From contig JANPLN010000002.1 in NCBI GenBank assembly GCA_031426555.1, forward strand, positions 74,712 through 138,711: DNA of 64,000 nucleotides, given 5' to 3'. Under the pieces are notes generated by a model. It was not told the origin of the DNA. It made no database searches and saw only the letters and a list, made by a program, of their open reading frames with translations. Position numbers and translations under genes: made by a program. Numbering within the stretch: position 1 is the first letter of the stretch; each line of letters begins with the position of its first letter. Source of the DNA: Bdellovibrionales bacterium (GTDB lineage Bacteria > Bdellovibrionota > Bdellovibrionia > Bdellovibrionales > JAGQZY01). Positions 31,272 to 41,911 of the stretch are shown piece by piece.

Positions 31272-33905
31272 TTAAAGCTCGGCCCAGTTTTTGCCTTTTG
31301 AGACGTTCACTTTAAGGGGCACATCCAGTGTCATGCAGTTTTCCATCAGGTTTTTAATTTTATTCATTTTATCATCGAGCTGGCTGTCGTCTTTGATTTC
31401 GAAAATCAATTCATCATGCACTTGCAAAACCATTTGCTCGCGAAATTCGTGCCCTACTTCAATCATGGCAAGCTTTACTAAGTCGCTGGACATCCCCTGA
31501 ATGGGAGCATTGATGGCTGCCCTTTCGGCAAAGGCCTTCATGTTGTTACTTTTTGAGCGAATTTCGGGGAGGTAACGCCGACGGCCCAAAATAGTTTCCA
31601 CGTAGCCGTGAGTTTGCACAAACTCTACCACATCGGTCATGTATTTTTTAACCCCACTAAAACGCTGGAAATAGAGATCGATAATATCTTTGGCTTCGCT
31701 GCGAGGAATTTTAAGCCCTTCCGAAAGGCCGTAAACACCTTGACCGTAGGCAATTCCAAAATTGACCGCTTTGGCTTTGCGACGAAGATCGTCGTCGACT
31801 TTATCCAGGGGCACCGAAAATATCTCGCTTGCCGCTTTTGAGTGAATATCTACATCTTGTAGGAATGCCTCTTTGAGTCCCTGATCTTTGGAAATATGGG
31901 CCAAGATTCGCAGTTCGATCTGACTGTAATCTGCCGAAACCAAAATATGTCCAGGCTCGGCAACAAAGGCGCGACGGATGCGCAAACCGCGCTCGGTGCG
32001 AATGGGAATGTTTTGCAGATTGGGTTGCACACTAGAAAGCCGACCAGTGGCCGTCAAAGCTTGATTGTACTGCGTGTGCACGCGGCCGCTTTCGCTATCT
32101 ACGAGAGCTGGCAGGGCATCAACGTAAGTGGACTTCAACTTACTCAACTCGCGAAACTCGATCACGTTTTTCGTGATGGGAAACGTGTCTTCGTATTTCT
32201 CGAGAACGTCGGTATTTGTAGAATAGCCCGTTTTGGTTTTTTTGCCTTTAGGTAATCCCATTTTTTCAAACAGTATGTGACCCAACTGTTTGGGGCTTGC
32301 CACATTAAAAACTTCGCCGGCTTCTTCGTGGATTTCCTTTTCCACTTTGCGAATGCCTTCGGTGAGGGTGAGACTTTCTTTTTTTAAAAAATCCACATCA
32401 ACTAAAACACCCTTCGTTTCCATGGCGGTTAAAAGATCTATGGTGGGCAGCTCTATGGTTTGCAGTACGCCTAGCATCGAAGTCTTTTGCAAATTCTTTG
32501 TTAGCTCATCTTTTAGTAGCAGATGTATTTGATAAAGTAATGAAGCATCCGGAAGATCTGGGACCGATTGTTTGGCGTAGAGCTCTGCCACCGCAGCAAA
32601 AGATTCAACCGGGCCTGCATGGGCGATGTAAGCTGCAAGATAACTGTCCCATCCGGCGCGATGGGCTTTTTTCAGTTTAAGTTGTCGCCAACACAATTTG
32701 AGATCGTAGCCCATCCATTCGATGTCACCGCGGGAGTCCAATAGTTCGCGCAGTTGGGTTTCGTCGCCTTGATAGTGGCAAATTTGCTCGTCGTGCGCAA
32801 AAATATATTCCCGCTGATGATCCACAATCCAAAGTTGTTTTTTGTTTTCAAGCCAGGTTTTGAATTTGGCAAAATCCAGGGTTTGCACTTCGAACGACAT
32901 TCTTTGGAGTGCGACGGGAACTGCAGAGGAGGCAGCGGCTGAGCCCTCACTGCCCGTTGAGATGACTGCGGGAATTTCGCCTGAAACCTCGTCTGGGCTT
33001 TGTTCTATGGATGCTGATTCTTTCGCAGCATCGAACGTGGTCGCTGAGGATGCGTCTTCACTCAACAGATTTTTTTTAAATGTCGAAAATTCAAGCTCGT
33101 CTAAAACTTTAGAAAGCTCTTCGCGGTTGGGTTTTTGCAGTTTTAATCCCTCTACCGATAAGGGAATATCCATCTCTTGATCGATGGTGACTAATTTCTT
33201 TGAGAGAAAAGCCATATCTTTGGCTTCCATTAATTTTTTTTGCAGATTTGCGTTCTTAACGTCGTCGAGATGCTCGTACAAATTTTCTAGGGAACCAAAT
33301 TCTTCGATCAATTTTTGCGCCCCCTTGGGCCCTACTCCACGCACTCCAGGAATATTATCCGAAGCATCACCAGTCATCGCTAAATAATCGATAAAGTGTT
33401 TGGGATGCACTCCCCATTTTTCGATCACTTTTTCGATCGTAAAGCGAATGTCTTTCATGGTGTCGTACATGATCACGTTGTCGTTGATAAGCTGGGCAAA
33501 ATCCTTGTCGCCACTGACAATAACCACTTGCATGCCGTGAGCTTGTCCATAACGAGTGAGAGTTCCGATAAGATCATCCGCTTCGAATCCTGGCTTCTCA
33601 AAGATAGGAATCCCCAAAACTTCTGTGAGTTTTTTGATATACGGAACTTGTGGTATGAGCTCCTCAGGCATTTCCGAGCGATTGGCCTTGTACTCTGTGT
33701 AAATCTCTTTTCGAAACGATGGCTCGGGACCATCAAAACAAAAAGCCAAATAATCGGGTTTGATGTCTTTTAAAAGTTTCACGATCATTGATAAAAAACC
33801 ATACACTGCGTTGGTTGGAACGCCTTTTGAGGTGTTGAGAGGCCTCACTGCATAGAACGCCCGAAAAAACATAGAGCTCACATCAACCAGATATAACTTC
33901 TTCAT
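31272..33905 (-). CDS. polA: DNA polymerase I
   Basis: 5'-3' exonuclease (EADDLIGT, GDASDNIPGV) and polymerase motifs (ADYSQIELRILAH, KAVNFGIAYG, LQVHDEL); start set at MKKLYLVD. Confidence 0.97.
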   Translation of the reverse strand: MKKLYLVDVSSMFFRAFYAVRPLNTSKGVPTNAVYGFLSMIVKLLKDIKPDYLAFCFDGPEPSFRKEIYTEYKANRSEMPEELIPQVPYIKKLTEVLGIPIFEKPGFEADDLIGTLTRYGQAHGMQVVIVSGDKDFAQLINDNVIMYDTMKDIRFTIEKVIEKWGVHPKHFIDYLAMTGDASDNIPGVRGVGPKGAQKLIEEFGSLENLYEHLDDVKNANLQKKLMEAKDMAFLSKKLVTIDQEMDIPLSVEGLKLQKPNREELSKVLDELEFSTFKKNLLSEDASSATTFDAAKESASIEQSPDEVSGEIPAVISTGSEGSAAASSAVPVALQRMSFEVQTLDFAKFKTWLENKKQLWIVDHQREYIFAHDEQICHYQGDETQLRELLDSRGDIEWMGYDLKLCWRQLKLKKAHRAGWDSYLAAYIAHAGPVESFAAVAELYAKQSVPDLPDASLLYQIHLLLKDELTKNLQKTSMLGVLQTIELPTIDLLTAMETKGVLVDVDFLKKESLTLTEGIRKVEKEIHEEAGEVFNVASPKQLGHILFEKMGLPKGKKTKTGYSTNTDVLEKYEDTFPITKNVIEFRELSKLKSTYVDALPALVDSESGRVHTQYNQALTATGRLSSVQPNLQNIPIRTERGLRIRRAFVAEPGHILVSADYSQIELRILAHISKDQGLKEAFLQDVDIHSKAASEIFSVPLDKVDDDLRRKAKAVNFGIAYGQGVYGLSEGLKIPRSEAKDIIDLYFQRFSGVKKYMTDVVEFVQTHGYVETILGRRRYLPEIRSKSNNMKAFAERAAINAPIQGMSSDLVKLAMIEVGHEFREQMVLQVHDELIFEIKDDSQLDDKMNKIKNLMENCMTLDVPLKVNVSKGKNWAEL

Positions 33906-34005
33906 TTGTTTTACCTTTTTGAAAAATAGATGAGCGACCTTAACCGATTGAGTCTCAAAATGAAACAATTCAGTTTAAAATAAGTTAAAAAAATTCGACA
34001 AAAGT

Positions 34006-34033
34006 CCTAATGTTTTTGAAGGATTGCCGATAA
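34006..34033 (+). promoter_or_regulatory. Candidate sigma28 promoter
   Basis: CCTAA-N15-GCCGATAA (consensus -10). Confidence 0.6.
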
Positions 34034-34052
34034 GGGAAGCTGCGGAGGTCCC

Positions 34053-34163
34053 ATGACTAAATACATTTTTATCGGTTTAAGTCTTATGTGGATGACCGTC
34101 TTTTATCAAAATTGCAGTCCCAATAAGACACTTGCGACAACGCAACAGGATTTAGCTAAATAA
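34053..34163 (+). CDS. 36-aa putative micro-lipoprotein (not in the ORF track)
   Basis: MTKYIFIGLSLMWMTVFYQNCSPNKTLATTQQDLAK*; GGAGG RBS; hydrophobic stretch ending in YQNC. Confidence 0.65.
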   Translation: MTKYIFIGLSLMWMTVFYQNCSPNKTLATTQQDLAK

Positions 34164-34164
34164 C

Positions 34165-34467
34165 CTACTCGCCGTCTGAAAATACAAAGACCAACTCATC
34201 TTCGCGAACCAACCCCAGCTGCTCTGTGGCCTGACGTTCGATAAACGAATGGGAACGCGCCGCTTCGACGCGAAACTGCAACGATTGCACATCCTGCTCA
34301 ATGGCATGAATTCTTTTTTGCATTTCTTTTTCGTTGCGATGCAAGCTCCACAGATTCCAAAAGCTTCCATCATAAAGAAGCATCAGAACAGTCAGCAGCA
34401 CCGAACACAGCAGCACCTTAAGGGGTTGATTGAGAAAATCCATGGCCGATGTTTTGAGGGTCGTCAT
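34165..34467 (-). CDS. ftsB: Septum formation initiator FtsB/DivIC
   Basis: TM + coiled coil, FIERQATEQLGLVREDELVF; downstream of eno. Confidence 0.8.
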   Translation of the reverse strand: MTTLKTSAMDFLNQPLKVLLCSVLLTVLMLLYDGSFWNLWSLHRNEKEMQKRIHAIEQDVQSLQFRVEAARSHSFIERQATEQLGLVREDELVFVFSDGE

Positions 34468-34487
34468 TGCTCTATGATAAGACCACT

Positions 34488-35860
<1,373 letters not shown>

Positions 35861-36889
35861 TTAGATAGGTAAAGGTAAATTTTCGTCGAAGGACGTTTTC
35901 GACTCCGTTGATTTTTTAAACTTTTCAAAACTCAATGATAAGTCCTGCATGGTGGCTTTGTTTTTTAACAAGCGCTCGCACGCCTCTTCGACCATTTGAT
36001 TGTACGACGATTGCACGTGTTGCCAGTCCATGCGGCGCATGGCTTCGTCCACCTGTTTGGTTTTGCGACCCGAGTGAACTAAAAACGTAACCAGCTGTTG
36101 CGAGCGAACAAAATAATCATGCAGTTTTAAAAAATCACTTTTTACAGCTAGTGATTCTTGCAGAAAGAACTCAAACTTCGAAGACGTTTCGCGCAGAAAA
36201 GTTTGCAGTTCGCGCAGTTCTTCGGAATTGATGCTCACAGTTTCGTGGGCGACGGAGCGATTTTCTAAATTCTTTTGATGTTTTTCCAAACTCTCCATCA
36301 TGCTGCGCACCCATTGCGGGTTAAACTGGCGAAGATGCATCTCGTCTTCTGGAAGGAGAGTTTCCTGAGTTTGTTTCCACAAAATATCAATTTGGCTGTC
36401 TTGCCATTTCACCGATGCCAGTGGCTGTCGCATGTACAGCGGCAAACCCTCGAGGGCTCCCGTTAAATACATTGTAATAAAAGGATACTGCGAAGCGAGG
36501 ACCGGCAACTGAAAGCGAATCACTTCGCCGTCTTGGCGCCACGAAGCGATGGGCGGCTCGGGAGAAATAAAATACGAGATAAAACGCGAGGGCTGGCAAT
36601 AAATATCTTGCGGAGATTCCACCATTTTCAGAACACTGTCGAGAACACCCCACGTGCGCAGCTGTTCGTTCTGTCGGCCGATTTCGCGCAAATAGTTATC
36701 TGGAATATCGGTGAACAACGCATCGATATCCTTGAGAAGGGTTTCCATTTTTTCGGCTTCCAACCAGCACGAGGTGTCGCGCAAAAAATCTTCTGGAACA
36801 TCAAGATTTTGATAAAAGGGAGACAGGTCCCTTCCTTGACGTTCTAAAAAAGTAAGAATGGAATTGGAAACTTTGCAGCTAATGAGCAC
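35861..36889 (-). CDS. Hypothetical protein with a C-terminal helical/coiled-coil region
   Basis: Long ORF between tadA and eno; GTG start assumed (MLISCKVSNS). Confidence 0.7.
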   Translation of the reverse strand: MLISCKVSNSILTFLERQGRDLSPFYQNLDVPEDFLRDTSCWLEAEKMETLLKDIDALFTDIPDNYLREIGRQNEQLRTWGVLDSVLKMVESPQDIYCQPSRFISYFISPEPPIASWRQDGEVIRFQLPVLASQYPFITMYLTGALEGLPLYMRQPLASVKWQDSQIDILWKQTQETLLPEDEMHLRQFNPQWVRSMMESLEKHQKNLENRSVAHETVSINSEELRELQTFLRETSSKFEFFLQESLAVKSDFLKLHDYFVRSQQLVTFLVHSGRKTKQVDEAMRRMDWQHVQSSYNQMVEEACERLLKNKATMQDLSLSFEKFKKSTESKTSFDENLPLPI

Positions 36890-36961
36890 GCTTCTTTTTC
36901 CTCTATTTTCAGAGGGAAAACAAACGATACCACGCACCTCGTACAGGTGCGGCAATGAATG

Positions 36962-38083
36962 TTACGAAGCTTTTTTGTTGGTAAAAAATTTGCTGCGCGG
37001 AAACGGAATTCTATTGTCCTCGAGCTCACGCATGAACGTGGGCAGCATTCCAGTGGGCTCAATTTGCCCCTTTAATTTGCCGTCGGGATTTCGCGTTAAG
37101 CTGCTAATTTTATAGATATCTTCTGTTTTGTAAGTGCCGTCGTCGCCAAGCCCAATGGCTTCAGAGATGGACATCACTTTACGCGACCCATCAGAAACCC
37201 GGGAAATCTGCACAACGATTTCGATGGCTGACGAGATGGAATGACGGAGCGCTTTTTCGCTGATTTTATTCTCCCCGCCCATGGCCAATGCTTCGAGTCT
37301 GAGCAAAGCGTCGGGCGCGGAATTGGCGTGGATTGTTCCCAAGCATCCTTTGTGACCTGTATTCATGGCTTGAATCAATTCCATGCCCTCTGACCCACGG
37401 ACCTCTCCCACAATGATGCGATCCGGTCGCAAACGGAGACTGCTTTTGAGCAAATCGTACATGCTCACTTCGCCTTTGCCCATTTCATCGGCCATTTTGG
37501 TTTCAAAACGAACGACGTGTTCGTAATCGATGATTAATTCGCTGGCATCTTCGATAACGATAATTCTTTGGCCTTTTGGAATTCGGCTGCAAAGTAAACC
37601 GAGAAGCGTTGTTTTTCCTGAGCCCGTTCCACCGCTCACTAGTATATTTTTTCCTAGAAACATGCAAATTTCTAAAAATTGAGCGGCATCTGGTGTGATG
37701 GCTCCCCACTCGATATACTTTTTAAAATCGATTTTGGTTTTGCTAAATTTTCGAATACTCACTGTGGGGCCGCTCATGGCGCACGGGCGAATCACCGCGT
37801 GAATTCGCGAACCATCGGGAAGTCGTGCATCCAAACGCGGTTCATCTTTCGTGATCCGGCGTTTTACGTATTGAGCAATATTATTAATCCCCGCAAGTAA
37901 ATCATCTTCAGAGGCAAAAACCGCCTCTGTGCGATGCAGTTTTCCCCCGCGTTCGATAAAAATATCGTTGGGACCATTGATGAGAATCTCAGTAATTGAA
38001 GGGTCTTCGAGATACTCGAAGACCGGTGCTAAATAGTTTTTGAGCGACTCTTTAAAGAGATCTTTTTCACTCGCTTTACTCAT
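36962..38083 (-). CDS. tadA: CpaF/TadA family pilus ATPase
   Basis: DARLPDGSRI, SGGTGSGKTT, LRLRPDRIIVGEVRG, AMNTGHKG. Confidence 0.92.
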   Translation of the reverse strand: MSKASEKDLFKESLKNYLAPVFEYLEDPSITEILINGPNDIFIERGGKLHRTEAVFASEDDLLAGINNIAQYVKRRITKDEPRLDARLPDGSRIHAVIRPCAMSGPTVSIRKFSKTKIDFKKYIEWGAITPDAAQFLEICMFLGKNILVSGGTGSGKTTLLGLLCSRIPKGQRIIVIEDASELIIDYEHVVRFETKMADEMGKGEVSMYDLLKSSLRLRPDRIIVGEVRGSEGMELIQAMNTGHKGCLGTIHANSAPDALLRLEALAMGGENKISEKALRHSISSAIEIVVQISRVSDGSRKVMSISEAIGLGDDGTYKTEDIYKISSLTRNPDGKLKGQIEPTGMLPTFMRELEDNRIPFPRSKFFTNKKAS

Positions 38084-38621
38084 CGCCTCCCCTTATGATT
38101 GCTGGTGGTACGGCCTCGTCGCCTTGTTGCGCTGGCTGACGAATTTGAATCGCCGGCACGGGTTGCAACTGTTCTTCGGGACCATAAACTAAAACTTTTC
38201 CGATAAACTCAGCTTCTGGACAGTAAAACTGAAAAAGACCTTCTTTTTGCGGTTTTACTGTAAACGTCACCACTTCGCCAAAATACGTTCCGTGGTGTTC
38301 GGCAAAAGCATCTAACATGAAACTAACATTTTTTTTGTTTTTATTCACGTTCACAACAGAAACTTGATAAATCTGGTCTTTCTTGAGTCGCAATACATTG
38401 GGAACAAAACCTTTGTCTGTATTGGCGATGACCACTTCTTCCTTAGGCATTTCTTTATCGAAAATTTGCTCAAGCGGGCCTTGTTTTTTTTCGTCGGCCA
38501 CCAAGTCCTCAAGCTCCATGCGCTTTAAATCTTTCTGACGACGTGAAAGATCAATCTTCCAGTCACCAAAAGCTGTCGCCGAAAACGAAATTAGAATAAT
38601 AACTAAATAAATCTTTTGCAT
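38076..38621 (-). CDS. Secreted cupredoxin-fold protein
   Basis: Signal peptide; GFVPNVLRLKK...FTVKPQKEGLFQFYCP. Confidence 0.7.
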   Translation of the reverse strand: MQKIYLVIILISFSATAFGDWKIDLSRRQKDLKRMELEDLVADEKKQGPLEQIFDKEMPKEEVVIANTDKGFVPNVLRLKKDQIYQVSVVNVNKNKKNVSFMLDAFAEHHGTYFGEVVTFTVKPQKEGLFQFYCPEAEFIGKVLVYGPEEQLQPVPAIQIRQPAQQGDEAVPPAIIRGGDE

Positions 38622-38638
38622 AAATCCCCCTCGCATTC

Positions 38639-38917
38639 CTAATGAACCACAGTGTTCGTGTGAAAATACATCAACTCTTTCGCCACTAACATCGCTAAGT
38701 AGTTGAGCGTCTGCTGATCAAAAGTTTGCAACTCATCTATCAACTCTTCGTAACTTCCCGGACACTGATTAACCGCTTCGAGAATGGGTTTTAAAACCCA
38801 AGGTTGAGTATCGAGTTTTCCAAACTCATCACTCCAGTCCATTTTTAACACTGGGTCGATAACCCCCATGTGATAAAGTGCATCGAAGACTCGCTGTAGA
38901 TCACCTTGAAGAAACAT
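38639..38917 (-). CDS. Small hypothetical protein
   Basis: 92-aa ORF with AGGAGG RBS. Confidence 0.75.
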   Translation of the reverse strand: MFLQGDLQRVFDALYHMGVIDPVLKMDWSDEFGKLDTQPWVLKPILEAVNQCPGSYEELIDELQTFDQQTLNYLAMLVAKELMYFHTNTVVH

Positions 38918-38942
38918 CCCAATCCTCCTTGATTGTATCTAA

Positions 38943-38970
38943 AGATCGGCTCATTTTGAGATACTCTTGA
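38943..38970 (-). promoter_or_regulatory. Candidate sigma28 promoter for the tadA operon
   Basis: TCAAG-N15-GCCGATCT on the minus strand. Confidence 0.6.
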
Positions 38971-39094
38971 GTCCAGTTTAATAGGCGAAATGCGCCGCGG
39001 TGCCACTGGATCTTGGTCGAACGTTCGATTTAACACCGAGCCACATTTAAGAAATCAACTGTCGGTCCGGGGCAGAAAAGTGTAATGTCCAGAC

Positions 39095-39757
39095 ATGATA
39101 CCCAAGATGCTATTGTGTTCCGCAATTTGTTTTTTTTGCGCTCTTAGCCAAGCTGAGGATGAGTGCCTATCTTGGTTTAAGAATGCTGGTTTAGCGAGCG
39201 GCTCCGAATGTCACCTAAAATGCACAACTCTATCTGTAGATATGGGTACTTTCGATTGCCCAAATCAATGCGACAGACTATGTAAGAGTCGTGCTGAAAC
39301 TACAGACCTTCCTCTCAAATATCCAAAAGGTCTTACAAAAGGGGACCGAGCAATGATTGCGAAACGTCCCAAAGAAGCGATAAAAGTCTATCAGGCAAAA
39401 CAAAAAGCTGATGATTTAACTCTTAAAATTTTCAAGCAACAGGGACGAAATGATGAAAGCGATGCTTTTCGACACTTTGTCTGGGCAGCCCTTATCACTA
39501 AAGATTTAGGGCGAAATGTTGCAAATGAATTTTTAAACGCTCACGAAGATGAGGATGGACAACCGAAGCTGGAAAAAGAAATGGACATCTTCAATAATAA
39601 GATGGGCTCAAATTTAATAATTGAAAAAACTAATAATGGAGCTGCTTTAGAATTAGATCAAATAGAAAAATTCGCGCTCGAAAAATTGAAATCTAATGAG
39701 CTTAAAGTTCTTAACCCATCAAAAAAGAAAATTCCTGATGGCTACTACAGCAAGTGA
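39095..39757 (+). CDS. Secreted Cys-rich protein with a DUF6973-like domain
   Basis: Signal peptide, six-Cys N-terminal module, DESDAFRHFVWAA...FLNAHE...EMDIFNN. Confidence 0.7.
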   Translation: MIPKMLLCSAICFFCALSQAEDECLSWFKNAGLASGSECHLKCTTLSVDMGTFDCPNQCDRLCKSRAETTDLPLKYPKGLTKGDRAMIAKRPKEAIKVYQAKQKADDLTLKIFKQQGRNDESDAFRHFVWAALITKDLGRNVANEFLNAHEDEDGQPKLEKEMDIFNNKMGSNLIIEKTNNGAALELDQIEKFALEKLKSNELKVLNPSKKKIPDGYYSK

Positions 39758-40685
39758 TCCTAAAAGCCTTCTTCTAACTGGCGCAATCAGTACTACCTTG
39801 GTCGCTACTATGATGGGCAAATTTGGTGAATATTTTTGGCTCTTAGATTTATTTTCCCATTTTACAATGCAATATTTTTGTTTAAATTTTATCTTTTTTA
39901 TAATAGTTCTAGTTTTAAATAAAAAACACTACTTGCAACTTCTAATGATCCTGTTGATCTTTTCGTTTAACCTTGCAAATTTGTTACCTTTTTATCAAGT
40001 AAAAAATTCTGCACGTACTGTTTCAAGTAAAGATATTAAAATAGTTTCTTTAAACATTAATAGCCAAAATAAAGACTGGAAACCTCTTTCTAATTATTTA
40101 AAAGAGTACAACCCAGATATTATTATATTAACCGAACTCACTCCTGCTTTTGGTGCTGATTTGGGAGTTTTAAAAAATATATATCCGTTCGGCAAAGCTG
40201 TTATGGATGACGGTAATTTTGGGATTGGTATCATTAGCAAAATTCCTCTAGATAAAACTGAGATTCATAGACAAAGTTCTTCTCAAATTCCCTTCATAAC
40301 TACAGAAATTAAAACGAATAGTACGACATTAAATATTGTAGCAATTCACCCATTCCCTCCGCTAGGCTCCGAAGGTACGCTCCTACGAAATGACTACTTA
40401 GATCAAGTTTCCCAATTTATTCAAAAATCAGACTCACCGACAATTCTCTGCGGCGATTTTAATGCAACCCCGTGGTCTTATCCGTTTAAAAAAATGATGG
40501 CCGAAACTAAACTCACATTGCCCCTGGGATCTGGAGTTATTGCCACATGGCCAACGTCTTTACCTTTTTTAAGAATACCTATTGATCACTGTTTAACTTC
40601 ACCAACGCTTCATATTCTCAACTACTCTCGTGGTCCTAATGTAGGGTCAGATCATTTTCCGTTTCAGATGAGAATTGATTTCTAG
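39738..40685 (+). CDS. Membrane-anchored endonuclease/exonuclease/phosphatase (EEP) family protein
   Basis: 3 TMs, PDIIILTE, CGDFNATPW, IPIDH, GSDHFP. Confidence 0.88.
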   Translation: MATTASDPKSLLLTGAISTTLVATMMGKFGEYFWLLDLFSHFTMQYFCLNFIFFIIVLVLNKKHYLQLLMILLIFSFNLANLLPFYQVKNSARTVSSKDIKIVSLNINSQNKDWKPLSNYLKEYNPDIIILTELTPAFGADLGVLKNIYPFGKAVMDDGNFGIGIISKIPLDKTEIHRQSSSQIPFITTEIKTNSTTLNIVAIHPFPPLGSEGTLLRNDYLDQVSQFIQKSDSPTILCGDFNATPWSYPFKKMMAETKLTLPLGSGVIATWPTSLPFLRIPIDHCLTSPTLHILNYSRGPNVGSDHFPFQMRIDF

Positions 40686-40840
40686 CCATGGCATAACGCA
40701 CTCGCTTCTCTCAGCCGTAGGGCTAATCACCTTGTTTTCATTTACAAGTCATCTCATTTGTAACTTACGAAAAGTACAGGCCATTTGTTGACCTCTCTAC
40801 CCACTCAAACTTATGTAGTAGATCTCACGAAGGGGAATGC

Positions 40841-41911
40841 ATGTTTCAATTACTTATCACTTTACTGCTGGCTCAGGCGCAACTCACTCCACAGAATCTT
40901 TACATTCAAGGTTACGCGCAAAACGCCTTCTTACTATATTCAAAATCTGCAGAAGAAGCACAAACGCTCAATCAATTAGTGAAAGACTTTGTCGCCAACC
41001 CCACTCAGGAGAAACTTGAAGCGGCGAAAGCGCAGTGGATTGTTGCGCGAAAAATTTATTCACAAACCGAGACCTACCGTTTTTTCGACAGCCCCATCGA
41101 CGACGCCGATGGCCCCGAGGGATTGATCAACGCCTGGCCCATGGACGAAGCCTACATTGATTCTGTCAAAGGCAAAAGCAATAGCGGCATTATCAACGAT
41201 CGCCAAGGATACCCGGTTATCGATAAAAATACGCTTTTGTCTCTCAACGAAAAAGATGGCGAGAAAAACATTTCCACCGGCTGGCATGCCATTGAGTTTT
41301 TGTTGTGGGGTCAGGACTTTTCCACAAATGGGCCCGGCACTCGCAGCTTTGAAGATTTTGTTGATGGCAGAATGCCCAATGCCGATCGCCGTCGACTTTA
41401 CTTGAGTGTGATTACTGAACTTCTTGTAGAGCACATTCAGTCCGTGGCCGTTCAATGGAATCCCAGCAGCAGCAATAACTACTACGCGAGTTTTGTAAAT
41501 GCACCTGACTCTCTTTCAAAAGTTGTGGAGTCCCTGCGGTTTTTTGCTGGTGAAGAACTGAGCATTGAACGCATGTTCGTGGCCTACGACATGCAAGATC
41601 AGGAGGATGAGCATTCCTGCTTTAGTGATACCACTCACTACGATCTCTACTACAATTATCTTGGGATCAAAAATACGCTCCTGCAAAAATACAATGGCAT
41701 TTCATTGGTTTCACTCATTGCCGACAATGACGCAACTTTAGCGAGTCAGATCGGGGCCCAAGCCATTGCCATCGACTCCGCATTATTTCAATTTCCGGCG
41801 CCCTTCGACCAAGCAATTTTTATAGATTCGTCCCGTGAAACGATAAAATGGATCATCGACTCCCTGCAAGGACTTGCAGAATCGATTCAACAGGCTAAGA
41901 CGATTCTGTGA
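40841..41911 (+). CDS. Imelysin family (peptidase M75) iron-regulated protein
   Basis: INAWPMDEAYID, STGWHAIEFLLWGQD, EDEHSCFSDTT. Confidence 0.92.
   Translation: MFQLLITLLLAQAQLTPQNLYIQGYAQNAFLLYSKSAEEAQTLNQLVKDFVANPTQEKLEAAKAQWIVARKIYSQTETYRFFDSPIDDADGPEGLINAWPMDEAYIDSVKGKSNSGIINDRQGYPVIDKNTLLSLNEKDGEKNISTGWHAIEFLLWGQDFSTNGPGTRSFEDFVDGRMPNADRRRLYLSVITELLVEHIQSVAVQWNPSSSNNYYASFVNAPDSLSKVVESLRFFAGEELSIERMFVAYDMQDQEDEHSCFSDTTHYDLYYNYLGIKNTLLQKYNGISLVSLIADNDATLASQIGAQAIAIDSALFQFPAPFDQAIFIDSSRETIKWIIDSLQGLAESIQQAKTIL

Noticed and set aside
31073..31301. Mirror-image 60-67 aa ORFs on both strands
   Set aside because: Artefact of the long palindrome; no RBS or protein-like features.
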